From Squalus acanthias (Eukaryota), in the NCBI GenBank assembly GCA_030390025.1, contig CM059431.1, forward strand, positions 147,066,001-147,130,000: a stretch of 64,000 nucleotides of DNA, written 5' to 3'. Of this stretch, positions 34,667 to 47,200 are shown in pieces. The notes under the pieces are model-generated. The model saw only the letters and a program-made list of their open reading frames with translations. It was not told where the DNA came from and did no database searches. The first letter of the stretch is position 1. The number at the start of each line of letters is the position of its first letter. Made by a program: the position numbers and the translations under genes.

Positions 34667-37113
34667 ATGGAACTGCGAACAATTATACAGATAAGGAACA
34701 TTTACTATCCTATTCTCGCAACATTTGGGGCTCCTGGTAAGTAAATGTATACTTTTGTCTAATAGTTGTTCACTATCTCAGTGTTAATGTAACAGATTCC
34801 GAGAATGTACTCATTGCAGAGTCATTGACCCACCGGGATCAGTCGGTGAATATCACCGGGAATCTGATCAGTCCGGCTGATTCCCCGGCCCTTCCAACAG
34901 TACATAGATCACCAAAGAATGTGTTGCTTAGTGCCCATCGTAATAATTTCATTTGTACCGTTGTTTACTGTCTACTAAATGTTTATATTTCCTTGTACTG
35001 CAGCCACCTCCACCCATCAGAGGACGGTGAAATATATTTGGAACAATAATTGCCACCCTGGGGGCTGCTCCCCTCCCCTCGGCTACAAAGAACCTTCGCG
35101 GCTCCACCAGCTCCCGCTCTGTTACCGAGCAGCTCCCTTTGGGCCATTATATATAGAAAAAGAGCAGAGTTTCGATCTACTTCGAATGCGTGTGTCTCAG
35201 CTGAATGTATTATTTGAATTCATATCTTTCCAGTAACTGTTTCTAAATTATAATGAACGCAGCTGACATCGGTTGCCGCTCCCGAGATCCCCTCCGCCAA
35301 TTAAATGCATGAGATTTAATGTAAAATGCCATCGATTGCTTCCTGGGGCCGCTGTAGTAACTCATCAAATTGGCTCGGTGCATCACATGGTCCCAGCCTC
35401 ATGGCGTGATGGTTTAAGCGCTCCACACTGCAATTAAATATGTGGTTGAATGTATGTAAGGCAATCCGGTGCGTTATTGACTGTGAAAATGAACAAGTTA
35501 TAGAAACTTCCTAGGTTGCCCTTTAAGGGACTTTAATCTGTATCTGTACCGTCCCTGCGAGGTACTGCGGCTTGACCTGGACCGCAGCATTAAAGTGTGA
35601 ATGGAGCCTCAATGGATTTCTAACGAAAGACATCGACATGAAACTTTAAATGTGTTTCCCTCTCCACAGATAATGCCGCTGATCCTGGTCCTGCTGAGCA
35701 TTTCCAGCATGTTCTGTTTTTATGCATGAATATAGTGTCAGTGGCGATAGCGGTGGAGATTCAGTCGGAAGAGATGGATCATGGTCGGCTGATCCGATGT
35801 CGCCCGTTTCACACTATAGCCCAAAGTCAAAATTCCCCTCCGTTGAGCCATCAGTGTCTCTCTGTCGGTGGTGTTGGGCTCGCTATCCGTTACCATTGCC
35901 GATACTGAATACGAGCGACCATCCCAACACCAATCTCCACCCACCGGCTTGACACAGTCTGACTGAAGTGTGCTGGAATGACGGCGCATTCTCAGTACCT
36001 CGATATTGGGTGTTTAATAATTACTTTCGTTTGAAAAATATATTGGCAACGCTCGCCTATATTATAAACGGAAACCGTGTGCATAATCCTCAATAGGAAC
36101 ACATCGGTTCATCTCCCCACTATACGCTGTAAAATTTATCAGAGTGTCTCCATTACTTACTCTTGTCCCTCTATCTTACAGCGAACATATTGACAATGGT
36201 GATTCTCTCCAGAGGAAAATGCGGCCTTTCCAAATGTATCTCGGTCTACATGATGTCCATGGCAACAGCAGATCTACTGGTCATGATCTTCAATGTAATC
36301 GTATTTCACATTTTGAGTAAACACTTTCCATATTCATTCCTGTCCTACACTGCCGTTTTTAAGTTCATGATGTACATGTCTTGTACCAACCTGGATATGT
36401 CGGTGTGGTTTACAGTCTCCTTCACATTTGACCGATTTGTAGCTATATGTTGTCAGAAGTTTAAAACAAAGTATTGCACAGTGAGAACTGCGGCTTCGGT
36501 TATAACGACCGTCTCTGTCCTGATCTGTTTAGAGAACATCCCCTTTTGGTTTGCCTTTGAACACAAACAAATAATCAACAATGGTTCCTGGGGTTTCCGC
36601 CCCAGTGAGGTCTTTTTTTCATCGCCTGCAGGTGTAGCCTACTTCCGCTTACAAAATATTTTAAACTCATATCTTCCATTTGTTTTGATAATACTGTTTA
36701 ATTGTTTGACAGTCAGGCGTATTTTAGTGGCCAGCAGAGCCCGCAGGGGACTCCGGGGTCACAGCAGTGAGAATCAGAGTGATCCAGAGATGGAGAGCCG
36801 AAGGAAATCTATTATTTTACTGTTCACTTTATCGGGCAGTTTTGTATTGTTGTGGTTGACATCTTCCGTGAAATTTGTATTTTACAACCTGGCCGTGCAT
36901 CACCGACCCGATTATACATCTCCTGCATTCATCGCCACTGAAACCGGAAATCTGCTGATGTATTTGAGCTCCTGTACAAACATTTGTATTTATGCAGCTA
37001 CACAAAATAAATTCAGGGAAGAGCTGAAAAAGTTTGTGAAATCTCCTTTGGCACTTATTCTGAATTTGGTTAAAAAAATGAAAAGTCAATACAAAGCTTC
37101 CTGTCCTAACTAG
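34667..37113 (+). CDS. GPR139/GPR142-like class A GPCR, 333 aa; exon 1 34667-34736, exon 2 36182-37113
   Basis: Exon 1 MELRTIIQIRNIYYPILATFGAP with GTAAGT donor; TCTTACAG acceptor; same 70-nt exon and phase-1 intron as the first paralog; SMATADL, FTFDRF, DPEMESRRKSIILL, SSCTNICIY. Confidence 0.9.
35617..35721 (+). mobile_element. Degraded Penelope pLTR fragment in the GPCR intron
   Basis: TTCTAACGAAAGACATCGACATGAAAC..CTCTCCACAGA..CTGCTGAGCATTTCCAGC resembles 30002-30100. Confidence 0.6.
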
Positions 37114-39759
37114 AGTTAAATTATAGCCCGTGTTCTATTTTATAATGTCTGTCTTTCTGTTAGGACGAAATTGTTGTGAAATTGAACAGGTATCAGAAAA
37201 CATTTCCTCCACTTTGTGCCGTGTGTTTGATGTCTGCTGCTTTCCCCGGGTGAACGTAATCGTTTCCTGCTAAAACAACACATTTCCCGCTCAAGTTTCA
37301 ATGCGAACAATCATGATTGATCTTCCGCAGTGGAGTAGAACATATGGGCGTCAGCGTTAACTGCCTCACACCGCAGGCAAATAAAAGAGTCGCCCCAATT
37401 TAATTAACAGATAAAGTTATCTTTAGTGTAGAAACAATGTGTTACAATGGTGGTTAACTATAATTCTGTAATCTTGGTGTGAATGTTGCAGGCGCTGGTC
37501 ACCCCATCAGACTCCGCCCCCCATTATCTCCTGGACCAATAGACCGGGGCCTGTCTCCTGATCAGTGTCTAATGATGGAGACAGTAGGAACTTGACTCGT
37601 CAATGTGACATTAGACATCTTTGTTCACAGATATTTACTGAAAATCTCAACTGGTCATCACAATGTTGGAATGTTATAACAGTCCATTCGACCCAACCAG
37701 CTCTTGTCGACTTTTACCCTCCACCCGAGCAAATAGTTCCAAAGACTACACCCACACGGTCTCAACCACCCTTCAACCTATTTATATTCAGCCACATTTG
37801 CAAATTAATCTTCAATATTGATATAACTTCCGCCACCGGTATATCCACAGTCTCACAACTCTCCATGTAAAGAGGCTTCTCCTACCTTTAGTGTTAAATC
37901 TTGTACATTTATCATTTTATCTCTGGCCGTTAGTTCTTGACCCTTCAACTAACGGAAGATTTCGCTTCCATCTATCCTGTCCCATTCCTTGTTAATTTAA
38001 ACCACCTGGGTACGACTCACCAAAAGATATGAGTCTGGTATCAATGCACAGTCTGGTGAAAATCAGGTCACTGTAGTGAAGCTTGTTAATTGCTAGCTTT
38101 CACTTGGAGATGGTTGTGTCCTTGCTATAGATAAAGAAAGAAAATAATATACTTGATAGCCTGACAAATACGCGAAACATCGGGACCATGCAAGGGCGGT
38201 CCTAATCAAACACCCACCGAACCCCGATCCATTGATTGATAGACAGAAGGGACAGGAATGGCTTTTATCGGATGTCATGGCACTGTAAGATCCTGGGATA
38301 TCGCTCTGTTTGCAGAAGTTACGCGTGGTACATGAAGCAACCAGCATGCTCTATGCGTGATGAAGATGCTCTGAGGAACGGATCAAAAACATGGTCAGCA
38401 ACGCAGGCAACACCACTCCATGAAATGGTTATTGTCGCCCTGGAGAGTGAGAACATGTGTCAAACCAATGGATGGAGATCTCAGCAATAGAATAGGCCGA
38501 GATAGATCTATGTTGCTGAGAAGATATTGTTTAGTGTTGACCTGAAAGAATCTAACGTCAACAAAGGGGGCGTTGTAAGGAAAGGGTTAATCAGACTAGC
38601 CTAACGTATGCTTATATTATACTGTGTTGGTTTCTCTTTTTTTAATCCTATGGTAGTAATGTTAATCTTTTGTATTTTCCTGTTAAGCAGGAAGTACAAG
38701 TCTATTTAAAGTACCACTTGGCTAATGGGCCAGAGCTGACCCTGCAACAATGGTCAGTTTCAGGATGAAGTAATACGCGATTTAATTAAACACATATCAT
38801 TGCAAACAGATTCATCAATTTCAGGGAACGTTCTTTCTTTGGTAACAGTTTGGGAAGAGAGTTAGTTTTGCAAAGGAAAACATCTGGACATCCATCACCA
38901 TTTTCACTTAGTACTTTAGATACAGAGACAGAAAGTCTCACTTTTAAAGTTTTCACTTGGTACCATTGGATTATATGTGTGAAATTATCTTTCAGATAAA
39001 TCAATTAAATTATCTTTACGCTGAGCTTTATTTTAACTTTGATATAATTGTGTAATGCAGAATTGTGAGCCTTTTCAAGTACCGGGAGTCAGAAAAATGA
39101 CTAAAAACTTACAGTTTTGAAAGATTATTCGGTTTTGTAAAGGCCTAAGATTCTGAGCTCAGGACTGTGACATGTTTGGGTCTCCACACCAACCATCATC
39201 AGGTGTGATTCTAATTTATACCTTTTAATGTTTGTGTAAGGACTATTGCATGTATTATGTGCTTAATAAACCTATGTTCAAGAACCTTATTGAAAAGCTT
39301 ATGCGAACAATAGCCTTTGTACTTTAATTGTGAATGGGCTTCATTTATTAACGGTGATTAAGACTCCGCTTTACCCGTCACTCTTTAAAATTTCACTTGA
39401 CCCAGACGTTCTCCAAAACCAAAATCCTCTTGGTTGAAGGGCCCCGTGGAGCCCGGGCTCTGCCAATCCGGTTGGCATCTAGCTTCTGGGAAATTGCTCA
39501 TTCGCTGTGGGCAGTTCTGTGTAAGAGACACATTCTAATTTAACTGGATTCAGACGGCCAACCGTATTTAAGGCAGGAGTCAGGCAACATGCAGAGGTTT
39601 TAATTCCATCAGTCAGCGATGCTCTGCACCCAGCTACAATCCTGAGAAGGGGATGTGTAATCAATCACATCATCCAAAAATAGCATGTAAAATAAAAAGC
39701 AAAGGCATGAATAATTAACCATTACATTACCGGGTCACATTCAATCTGATGTGGTTATC

Positions 39760-40210
39760 ATTTCCCGTCCCCTGTTTCTAATTAACCAGTTGTTGTATTT
39801 CCTTGTATTTTTATATTTCTAATTAAACAGTTACTGTGTTTCCCTGACATTCCCATCTCTTCTATTTCTAAATAAACACTTACTATCTCCCAGCTCCCTA
39901 GTTCAAAAAAAACAGTCATTTACTATGTTACCCCATGCCTCCTTTCATTCTATTTCTAATTAGACAGTTAATTTATTACCCTGAATTCCCTTGTCCTCTA
40001 TTTCGAATTGAACAGTTGCTGCCTTCCCCTGTGCCCTACTTCTAAATGAAGTGTTCCGCTGGTCCCTATTTCTAATATCTGTTGCCATATTCCCCTGTCC
40101 TTTATATCTCATTAAACATTTAGAGCGTGCCCCTGAATTCCCCTTTATTCTATTTCTAATTTTGCTGCCCGTGTTCCCCTGAACCCCCCTGTCCTCTAGT
40201 TTTAATTATG
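39760..40210. repeat. Degenerate tandem repeat with recurring TATTTCTAATTAAACAGTT core
   Basis: Motif recurs about every 40-50 nt. Confidence 0.65.
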
Positions 40211-41209
40211 AAGATTAGGACGGAATCCTGTTCCATAGATAGACAGTCGCTACTGAAATAATGTTTCCCGAGATTAGTTTTGAATTTACCCCCTTCAATC
40301 TCAGGCCGTGTCCTCTGGTTCTACTGTTCTGGACAAGGTGAAACAGCTCGACATGGTCCACCTTATCGAGTGGATTAAGAGCAGGATCTTGCACACATTC
40401 AGGTCCCGGGTATTCCTGGGACCTTTATGTGTTTGTCATAGGATTTCTTAACATGAAAAGAGTAATTCAACGTCTGGTGCTGACGTCAACAGATTCAGTG
40501 GTTTGCATATTTTAATTCTCGATCGAACAGCCTATATCTCAGGCCTGTATATAATACAAAGCAGACTTGCCCTGTTACTAAAATTTCACTCTGGAAATCT
40601 CACAGACTAACATATTCTACTTCACTATAAACTCGCTAAAATAAACGATGTGAGTGATCCGCAAAATCCCATTCGATTTAATGTTTGATGAGTACGGTGC
40701 TGGAGGTCCATTCAAAAACGCTGAAGGATTGTTGGCCTTTATCTCAAGCGGGCTGGAATACTAAGAGGAGCAAGTTCTGTTTCAGTTGTAACGAGGCTTC
40801 GTGAGACCCTATCTGGAGTGCTTCATTCGGTTTGTTGCACTGCACCTCCTGAAGGATGTATTGTCTTTGAGGCCTTGCAGCTTAAACATCGCCTTAAATA
40901 TTGAAAACTAACAGAGGCACGGACGGGGGATGAACACGCGTTTTGCGGTTCATAAGACCGACTGATTAACGCCGGATCACCGCAACACCTCCACGCATCA
41001 TCAGTGACACCGGACATAATACTCCAGGGGTCATACTCCAGATGTCTCCCACCAGGTGCCAAACTCCAGATGCCACACCCCTGAGGTAAAACATTTGCAA
41101 TGTTAGTTTCTGAATTGATCTTCCGCCACACGGAGCTGGGGTTCTGATTGGTATTCGTTACTTTTCTACCTCCCTAAAAATTAATTTATGATATTCGCCT
41201 CAACATACT

Positions 41210-42040
41210 CCACGTGGTAGCGAGTTCCACATTCTAAACAATTTCTGGGAAAAGAGTTAATCCTGAATTCCTACAGGATTTATTAGTGACTATCTAATAT
41301 GTATCAGCACTATTGCGGATACCCAACAACCATAAATATTTTCTCTACCTCTACCCCCTGATAATTCTGGGTTCTCCATTATGTCGCCTTCTCTTTTCTA
41401 GAGAAAAGGATCCCTGTCTTTTCAGTCGTTTTTGATAGTTATAACCTCTCTGTCTTTAGATTTTTTCCTCGTGTTGTTTTTTCTCACCACCTGCCGCAAT
41501 CCCAGTCTGGTTTGAAGCTTCTCCAGTGCCTCTATATCCTTTTTTGTAATATTGAGTCCAAACTGTGCACAGTACATCAAGTGTGATCTAAACAAGGTTC
41601 AATACAAGTGTAATACAACTTTACTGTTGGAGTATGTGGCCATCTTATTCCTCCTCCCAAAATAAAACACCACACACATTTTTATATTGGTATTAAATTG
41701 CCATTTACACTCCCATTCTGTAAGTTTGTTACCATCTTATTGTATGTGGTCGCAGGATTCTTCAGTATTAACTAAAGCTGCCAATTTGGTGCCAACCACA
41801 AATTTGACAGTGCACTTCAGATTACTGAGACTAAAAAAAATATGCAAATGGTGAACGCAGTGGTCCCAGCACCGATCATTGTTGAACGTCACTTCCGGCC
41901 TGCCGCCAGTCTGAGTAACCCCCACTCTCTGTTTTTTTGCAGACAATTTGTTTTCAGTTCTTCTACTTGTCCACTGACTCCACATGCGCGAATCCTAGTC
42001 TCGAGTCTACAATGTGGAACCTTATCAAAGGCCTTTTGCA
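41210..42040 (-). mobile_element. Old CR1 fragments
   Basis: LNLQKAFDKVPHCRL..IRACG, RT C-terminal remnants. Confidence 0.65.
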
Positions 42041-42044
42041 AATT

Positions 42045-42135
42045 GAGTGGACTGGGAGACTCAATGGATTGCGTCATATCAATGGATTGGGTAAGTCAAT
42101 GGACTAGGATCTGTCAATGGAATGGGATAGTCAAC
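42045..42135. repeat. About 17-bp tandem repeat (TCAATGGA core)
   Basis: TCAATGGA(T/C/A)T recurs about five times. Confidence 0.7.
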
Positions 42136-42204
42136 AGACTACGATATATAAATCGATGAGCACTGTCGATGATTGGAAACATCATCGTTATCAGAAACAG
42201 CAGC

Positions 42205-43136
42205 AGATTACGTTAGCATAGTGGTAACATTTCTGACATATAAATCCAGAGGCCTGGGCTAATTAACCGGAGACGTGAGTTCAAAATTCCACCGTGGCAC
42301 TTTGTGAATTTAAATTCAATTATTTGAATAAATCTGGTACATAAAGTTAATATTTTTATTGGTGGCCATGAATCTGTCAGACTGTCATAAACACAACCGG
42401 TTCACTAATGCCCCTGATGGAAGGAAACATGCCCTACTTATCTGCTCTGTCCTCTATGTGACTCCAGACCCGCATATTATGTTGCCCTTCGAAATGGGCT
42501 TAAAATCCAATCAGCTGTATGAAACCGCTACAAAAATAGAATAAAATGGGACAGTCCAACCGGCATTAGATTAGGACACGACAACGGCACGCCCAGCCCA
42601 GTCAACCATGTAAGATCCTCCTCACTGACATCTGGGGACATGTGCCAAAATTGGAAGAGCTGTCCCACAGACTCGTCAAACAACAGCCTCACATAGTCAT
42701 ACTCAGAGAATCATATATTTCAGCCAATGTCCAAGACTCCTCCATCACCAAGGAAACCTCCGTCAGATTACCACCTATCTCAGATGATGAATTATTACTC
42801 CTCCCTGTTAAATACCACAGGGCACAGAATATACTCTGGATGGGGGAGTTTAATGCCCATCACTTAAAGTGGCTCGTTAGCGCCACTACTGACCGAGCTG
42901 GCCGAATCCTGAAGGATATAGATGCCAGACTCTGCTTGCGGCAGGTGGTGAGAGAACCAACACGAGGGAAAAACCTACTTGAACTCGTCCTAAATAAGCC
43001 CCAGTAGCAACTCTCCATGACAGAATTGGCAGGAGTGACCACCGCACAATGTTTGTGGAGAAGAAATCCCGTCTTCACACTGAGAACACACTCCACCATG
43101 TTGTGTGGCACAACCATCGTGCGAAATTGGACAGAT
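42205..43136 (+). mobile_element. 5' end of Zenon-like LINE with tRNA-like head and APE endonuclease remnant
   Basis: A-box-like TAGCATAGTGG 42214-42224; B-box-like GAGTTCAAAATTCC 42277-42290; VPKLEELSHRLVKQQPHIVILRESY..WMGEFNAHH..EPTRGKNLLELVL. Confidence 0.7.
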
Positions 43137-43272
43137 TCAGATCACTCCTGCCTTCCACCCTATTACAGAGCTTCCTTTTAGTCCCCCCAACTCTCCCTGC
43201 CTCTGTACTTGCTTAAAACATGTTGCATCTCTATGATGCAAATGATCGACCTGAAACGTTAACTCTGTTTCT
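43137..43272 (+). mobile_element. Penelope pLTR fragment with degenerate hammerhead
   Basis: ..GATCGACCTGAAACGTTAACTCTGTTTCT matches 30017-30043. Confidence 0.65.
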
Positions 43273-43279
43273 AGTAGAT

Positions 43280-44395
43280 GATACACACTGCAACCACGGC
43301 GCATTGAATGTGGAGGGAGTGAATGGTAAAGGTGCAATCAAGCCGGCTGCTTTGTCCTGGATGGTGTCGAGCTTCCTGAGTGTTGTTGAAGCTGCACTCA
43401 TTCAGGGATGTGATGAGTATTCTATCACAATCCTGACTTGTGCCATTCGATGGTGGAAAGACTTTGGGGAGTCAGAATGTAAGTCATTTGCCACAGAATG
43501 CCCAGCCTCTGACCTGCTCTTGCAGCTGCAGTATTTATATGGCAGATCCAGTTAAGTTTCTGGTGAATGGATATTAATGGTTTGGGATTCGGCTTTGGTA
43601 CTAACATTAAATACAATGGGGCGGTGGTTATACTCTCTGTTTTGGGAGATATTCGTTGCCTGTTACATGTATGGCGCGAATTTTACTTGCCACTTGTCAG
43701 ACTAAGGCTTAATGTCTTCCTAGTCTTGTTGCATTCGGGCACGGACTCCGTCATCATCTGAGGAGTTGCGAATGGCACTAAACACAATGCAATCATCAGT
43801 GAACATCATGGCTTCAGACCTTATTATGGAGATGAAGTTCATTGATGAAGCAGCTGAGGATGGTTGGGCTGAGGACACTGCCCTGAGGAACTCCTGCAAC
43901 GATGTCCTGAGACTGAGATGCTAGGCATCCAATAACCACGATCAGCCAACGTTGTGCTCGGTATGATTTCTCTTGATTCCTGTTGACTTCAGTTTTACTA
44001 GGGCTCCTTGATGCCACACCCGGTTAAATGCTGCCTTGATGTCAAGGGCAGTCACTCTCACCTCCCCTCTGGAATTCAGTTATTGTTTTCCATGTTTGGA
44101 CCAAGGCTGTAACCGCGTGGTCTTGGTGGAATCCAAACTGAGCATAGGTGAGCAGGTTATTGGTGAGTAAGTGCTACTTGATCGCACTGTCGATTACACA
44201 TTCAATCACGTTGCTGATAACTGAGATTACACTCAATGGGCGGCAATTGGCCAGATTGGATTTTTTCTGTTTCTTTGTGGACAGGATGTACCCGGGCAAT
44301 TTTCAATTTTGTCGGGTAGATGCCAGTGTTTTAGCTGTAATGGAACAGCTTGCATATAGGCGCAGCATGTTCTGGATCACAATTCTTCAGCACTG
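43280..44395 (-). mobile_element. Zenon-like LINE RT fragment
   Basis: AGVPQGSVLSPTILSCFINEL, RAGQRLGILWQ; homologous to 32225-33000. Confidence 0.75.
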
Positions 44396-44397
44396 TC

Positions 44398-45045
44398 ATA
44401 TGAGAAGAGTTTGGGTCGACTAGGTCTGTATTCAAGAGACTTTAGAAGAATGAGAGGGGATCTCATTGAAACGTATAAAATTCTGACAGAGTTAGACAGA
44501 TTGAATGCAGGGAGGATGTTTCCCCTGGCTGCGGGGCACTAGAACGAGGGGTCACAGTCTCAGGATACGGGGTAGGACATTTAGGACTGAGATGAGGAGA
44601 AATTTCTTCACTCAGAGGGTGGTGAAGCTCTGGAATTTGCTACCACAGACGGCTCCGGATGCCAAATCACTCAATATATTTAAGAAGGAGATAGATAGAT
44701 CTGTCGACACAAAAGGCATCAAGGGGTATGGGGAGGGAGCGGGACTATGGTATTGAGATAGAGCATCAGCTATGATCATATTGAATGGCAGAGCAGACTC
44801 GAAGGGCCGAATGGCCTACTCCTGCTCCCATTTTTCTGTTTCTATGTTCTATGTTTCTAGAAATTTTCTAAAGGCAATTGGACATGTACTTGAAGGGAAC
44901 TAATTAGCAGGGTTATGGGGAAAATTTGGGGTTTGGGACTAAATTGGACAGTTCTTTCAAAGAGCCAGCAGAGGCAGGACGGGCCGTATGGTCTCATTCT
45001 GTGCTGCAATATTCTATGATTCTAAGATTCAATGATTCTATGACT
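44398..45045 (+). mobile_element. CR1 3' fragments
   Basis: RGHSLRIRGRTFRTEMRRNFFTQRVV; two microsatellite tails. Confidence 0.85.
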
Positions 45046-45484
45046 CCGGTCTCTTCTCACGACAAATAGTCTGCCATAACCTGTCCTCACTGCTTGGAAT
45101 TTCCTTCCTAAAACTTTCCGTCTCCTCCTTTAAGACGCTCCTTAAAACCGTAAGCTTTAAGGAAACTTTTGGACAAACGTTTTAATAGCTCCTTCTTTGG
45201 ATTGGGCTTCCATATTTTTGATCACACCCCTATGATGCGCATTCGGAGATCACCTGGAGTGGGGAGGGTGCCAGGGTTTATCAAGCTGTGTGGAACACTT
45301 TACTGAACACGTGTGTTTTTGTCTGTTTGTTACATTAAATAAATGATGGCATCTGGAGCTTCTCTACATGAGACTGGGGAACTAGTGAGACAGACTTTAT
45401 AGCAATGTTCTGTTTATTGTGAAAAAGCAGATACATTATTCTTCCCTAATTATCCAGACTCCAATCAACGCTAAAAAGAAGCTG

Positions 45485-45558
45485 AGATCTTGACGTGATT
45501 TGAACACGCAGCATTTTTGATCTCAGAAATCAAACGCTCTCCGTTCCGCCAAGAGGTC
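45485..45558 (-). pseudogene. tRNA-Trp pseudogene
   Basis: GACCTCTTGGCGGAACGGAGAGCGTTTGATTTCTGAGATCAAAAATGCTGCGTGTTCAAATCACGTCAAGATCT; paralog of 20663-20734. Confidence 0.7.
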
Positions 45559-46187
45559 TCCGTTTGGCTAAACGTAGGAGATGTTTCTATATATCAATGT
45601 TTCTCAAACACGGTGTCATTTCCCGCAGAATCACCACATCACAGGAAAATAAGTTAGGAAACTGCTCAAAATACAATAACAGGTCCAGCAGCTCTTGAAA
45701 ATCAATTAAACTTTCGGTGTGTAGACAATAGTTAGAATTGTAAACAAGTCCGTGTGAAAATGTAAACTGTGGGTGTGTATATAGAATCATAGAACGTCAC
45801 AGCACAGGTGGACATTCGGCCCGTCGTGCCTGTTCTGGTTGAGAAAGAGCAGCCATGCTCAGTCCCACACCCCCGCTTTTTGTCCCTAACCCTGTAAGTT
45901 CCTCATCCTCAAGTACCTGTGCAACTCCTTTTAAAATTATTGATGAATCCGCTTTCATCATCTATTCATGTTCAGCGTTCCAGGTCCCGACAACTTAAAA
46001 AATATGTTTGGAATGAAGGCAGATGCTCCCAAATAAATGAATATTTATTACAGATACATGTAACTACATCTGCAAGCAGCAGATTCATGAATTGCATTTA
46101 CTTGTGAAACAAGTCAAAAATCAATTTGCGTCTAAAACGGATTGACACAATTATATTTAAAGTTATCCCAACGATTCGTTGCCACGT

Positions 46188-46260
46188 TCCCTGTTGATCT
46201 AATGTTCAAGATTCGGCACTTTCACCGCTTTCGGCTCGTGTTCAATTACCGTTGAGCGGA
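46188..46260 (+). pseudogene. tRNA-Glu(TTC) pseudogene, heavily decayed
   Basis: TCCCTGTTGATCTAATGTTCAAGATTCGGCACTTTCACCGCTTTCGGCTCGTGTTCAATTACCG; positional paralog of 19030-19101. Confidence 0.65.
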
Positions 46261-46619
46261 TTGACTCTTACAACAGTTGTTAATTCAAAGCCGTATCATA
46301 TTCACTACATGCATCCAGTGTGAAAATAATGTTGTAATTGTCATTAGTTAACAAGTAAGTTTCGATTGCAGAATGAAAGAAGGGACTGAGGGACAGTCGA
46401 AGCTTCCATAATTTAGTCTGCTCTTTGCATGTGATGAACATTTATCGCTATCTCATTTTATACACTGTATTTTGGAGCCTGGTTTGCAATGTTCTGTGCT
46501 TATGACTCCTGGAATCTGGTGCAACATTTGTTAAATTTAACAGGATTGGCTATTTCACAAAAAAAAACATTCTCTAACACAATGTTTTCAAAAATACACT
46601 GAGCTGTCTTTCTGAGGTC

Positions 46620-47200
46620 CAAAGTGGGTAATCAGATACTTCCCCACGTTGAAATCCACTAATGACAGTTTTGTCCTCTCACATAATCCAGCAATGTCAC
46701 TTTACAATTCACTGCTCCCATCTACACTGCTTACTGTGCCCCAACTTAGGGCCATCAGCAAACTTGGATATCCGGTTCTCTATTCCTTCATCTAAGTCAT
46801 TTATCAATATAGTGAAAAGCTGAGGCCCCAGTCCAGATCCCAGGGGGACACCACTAGTCACATCCTGCCAATTGGAGTACATACCATTTATCACTACTCT
46901 GTGTCCCCTCCCTCCATGCCCATGTCTATACGTTGCCTCAAATTCCACGCGCTTTGATTTTTGCTCACAGTCTTTTGTGAGGAAACTTATCAAATGCCTG
47001 CTGGAAATTATCATATTAAATCCAGTCAGTCCCTCTCTATGATTGAGTTTTCTTTTTCCCCATGTCTCTGGTAGTTTTTCCTCTCCCTCTAATTTGAAGA
47101 CCGATACAATGTGATTGTTTAACATGGCTGCCATTTCATTATTTTCAAATTCAATGTCGTCTGCGTCTATCTTGAAGGGGTCCACATTATCCTTACTGAT
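46620..47200 (-). mobile_element. CR1 RT fragment with internal deletions
   Basis: [32 protein letters not shown]. Confidence 0.75.
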
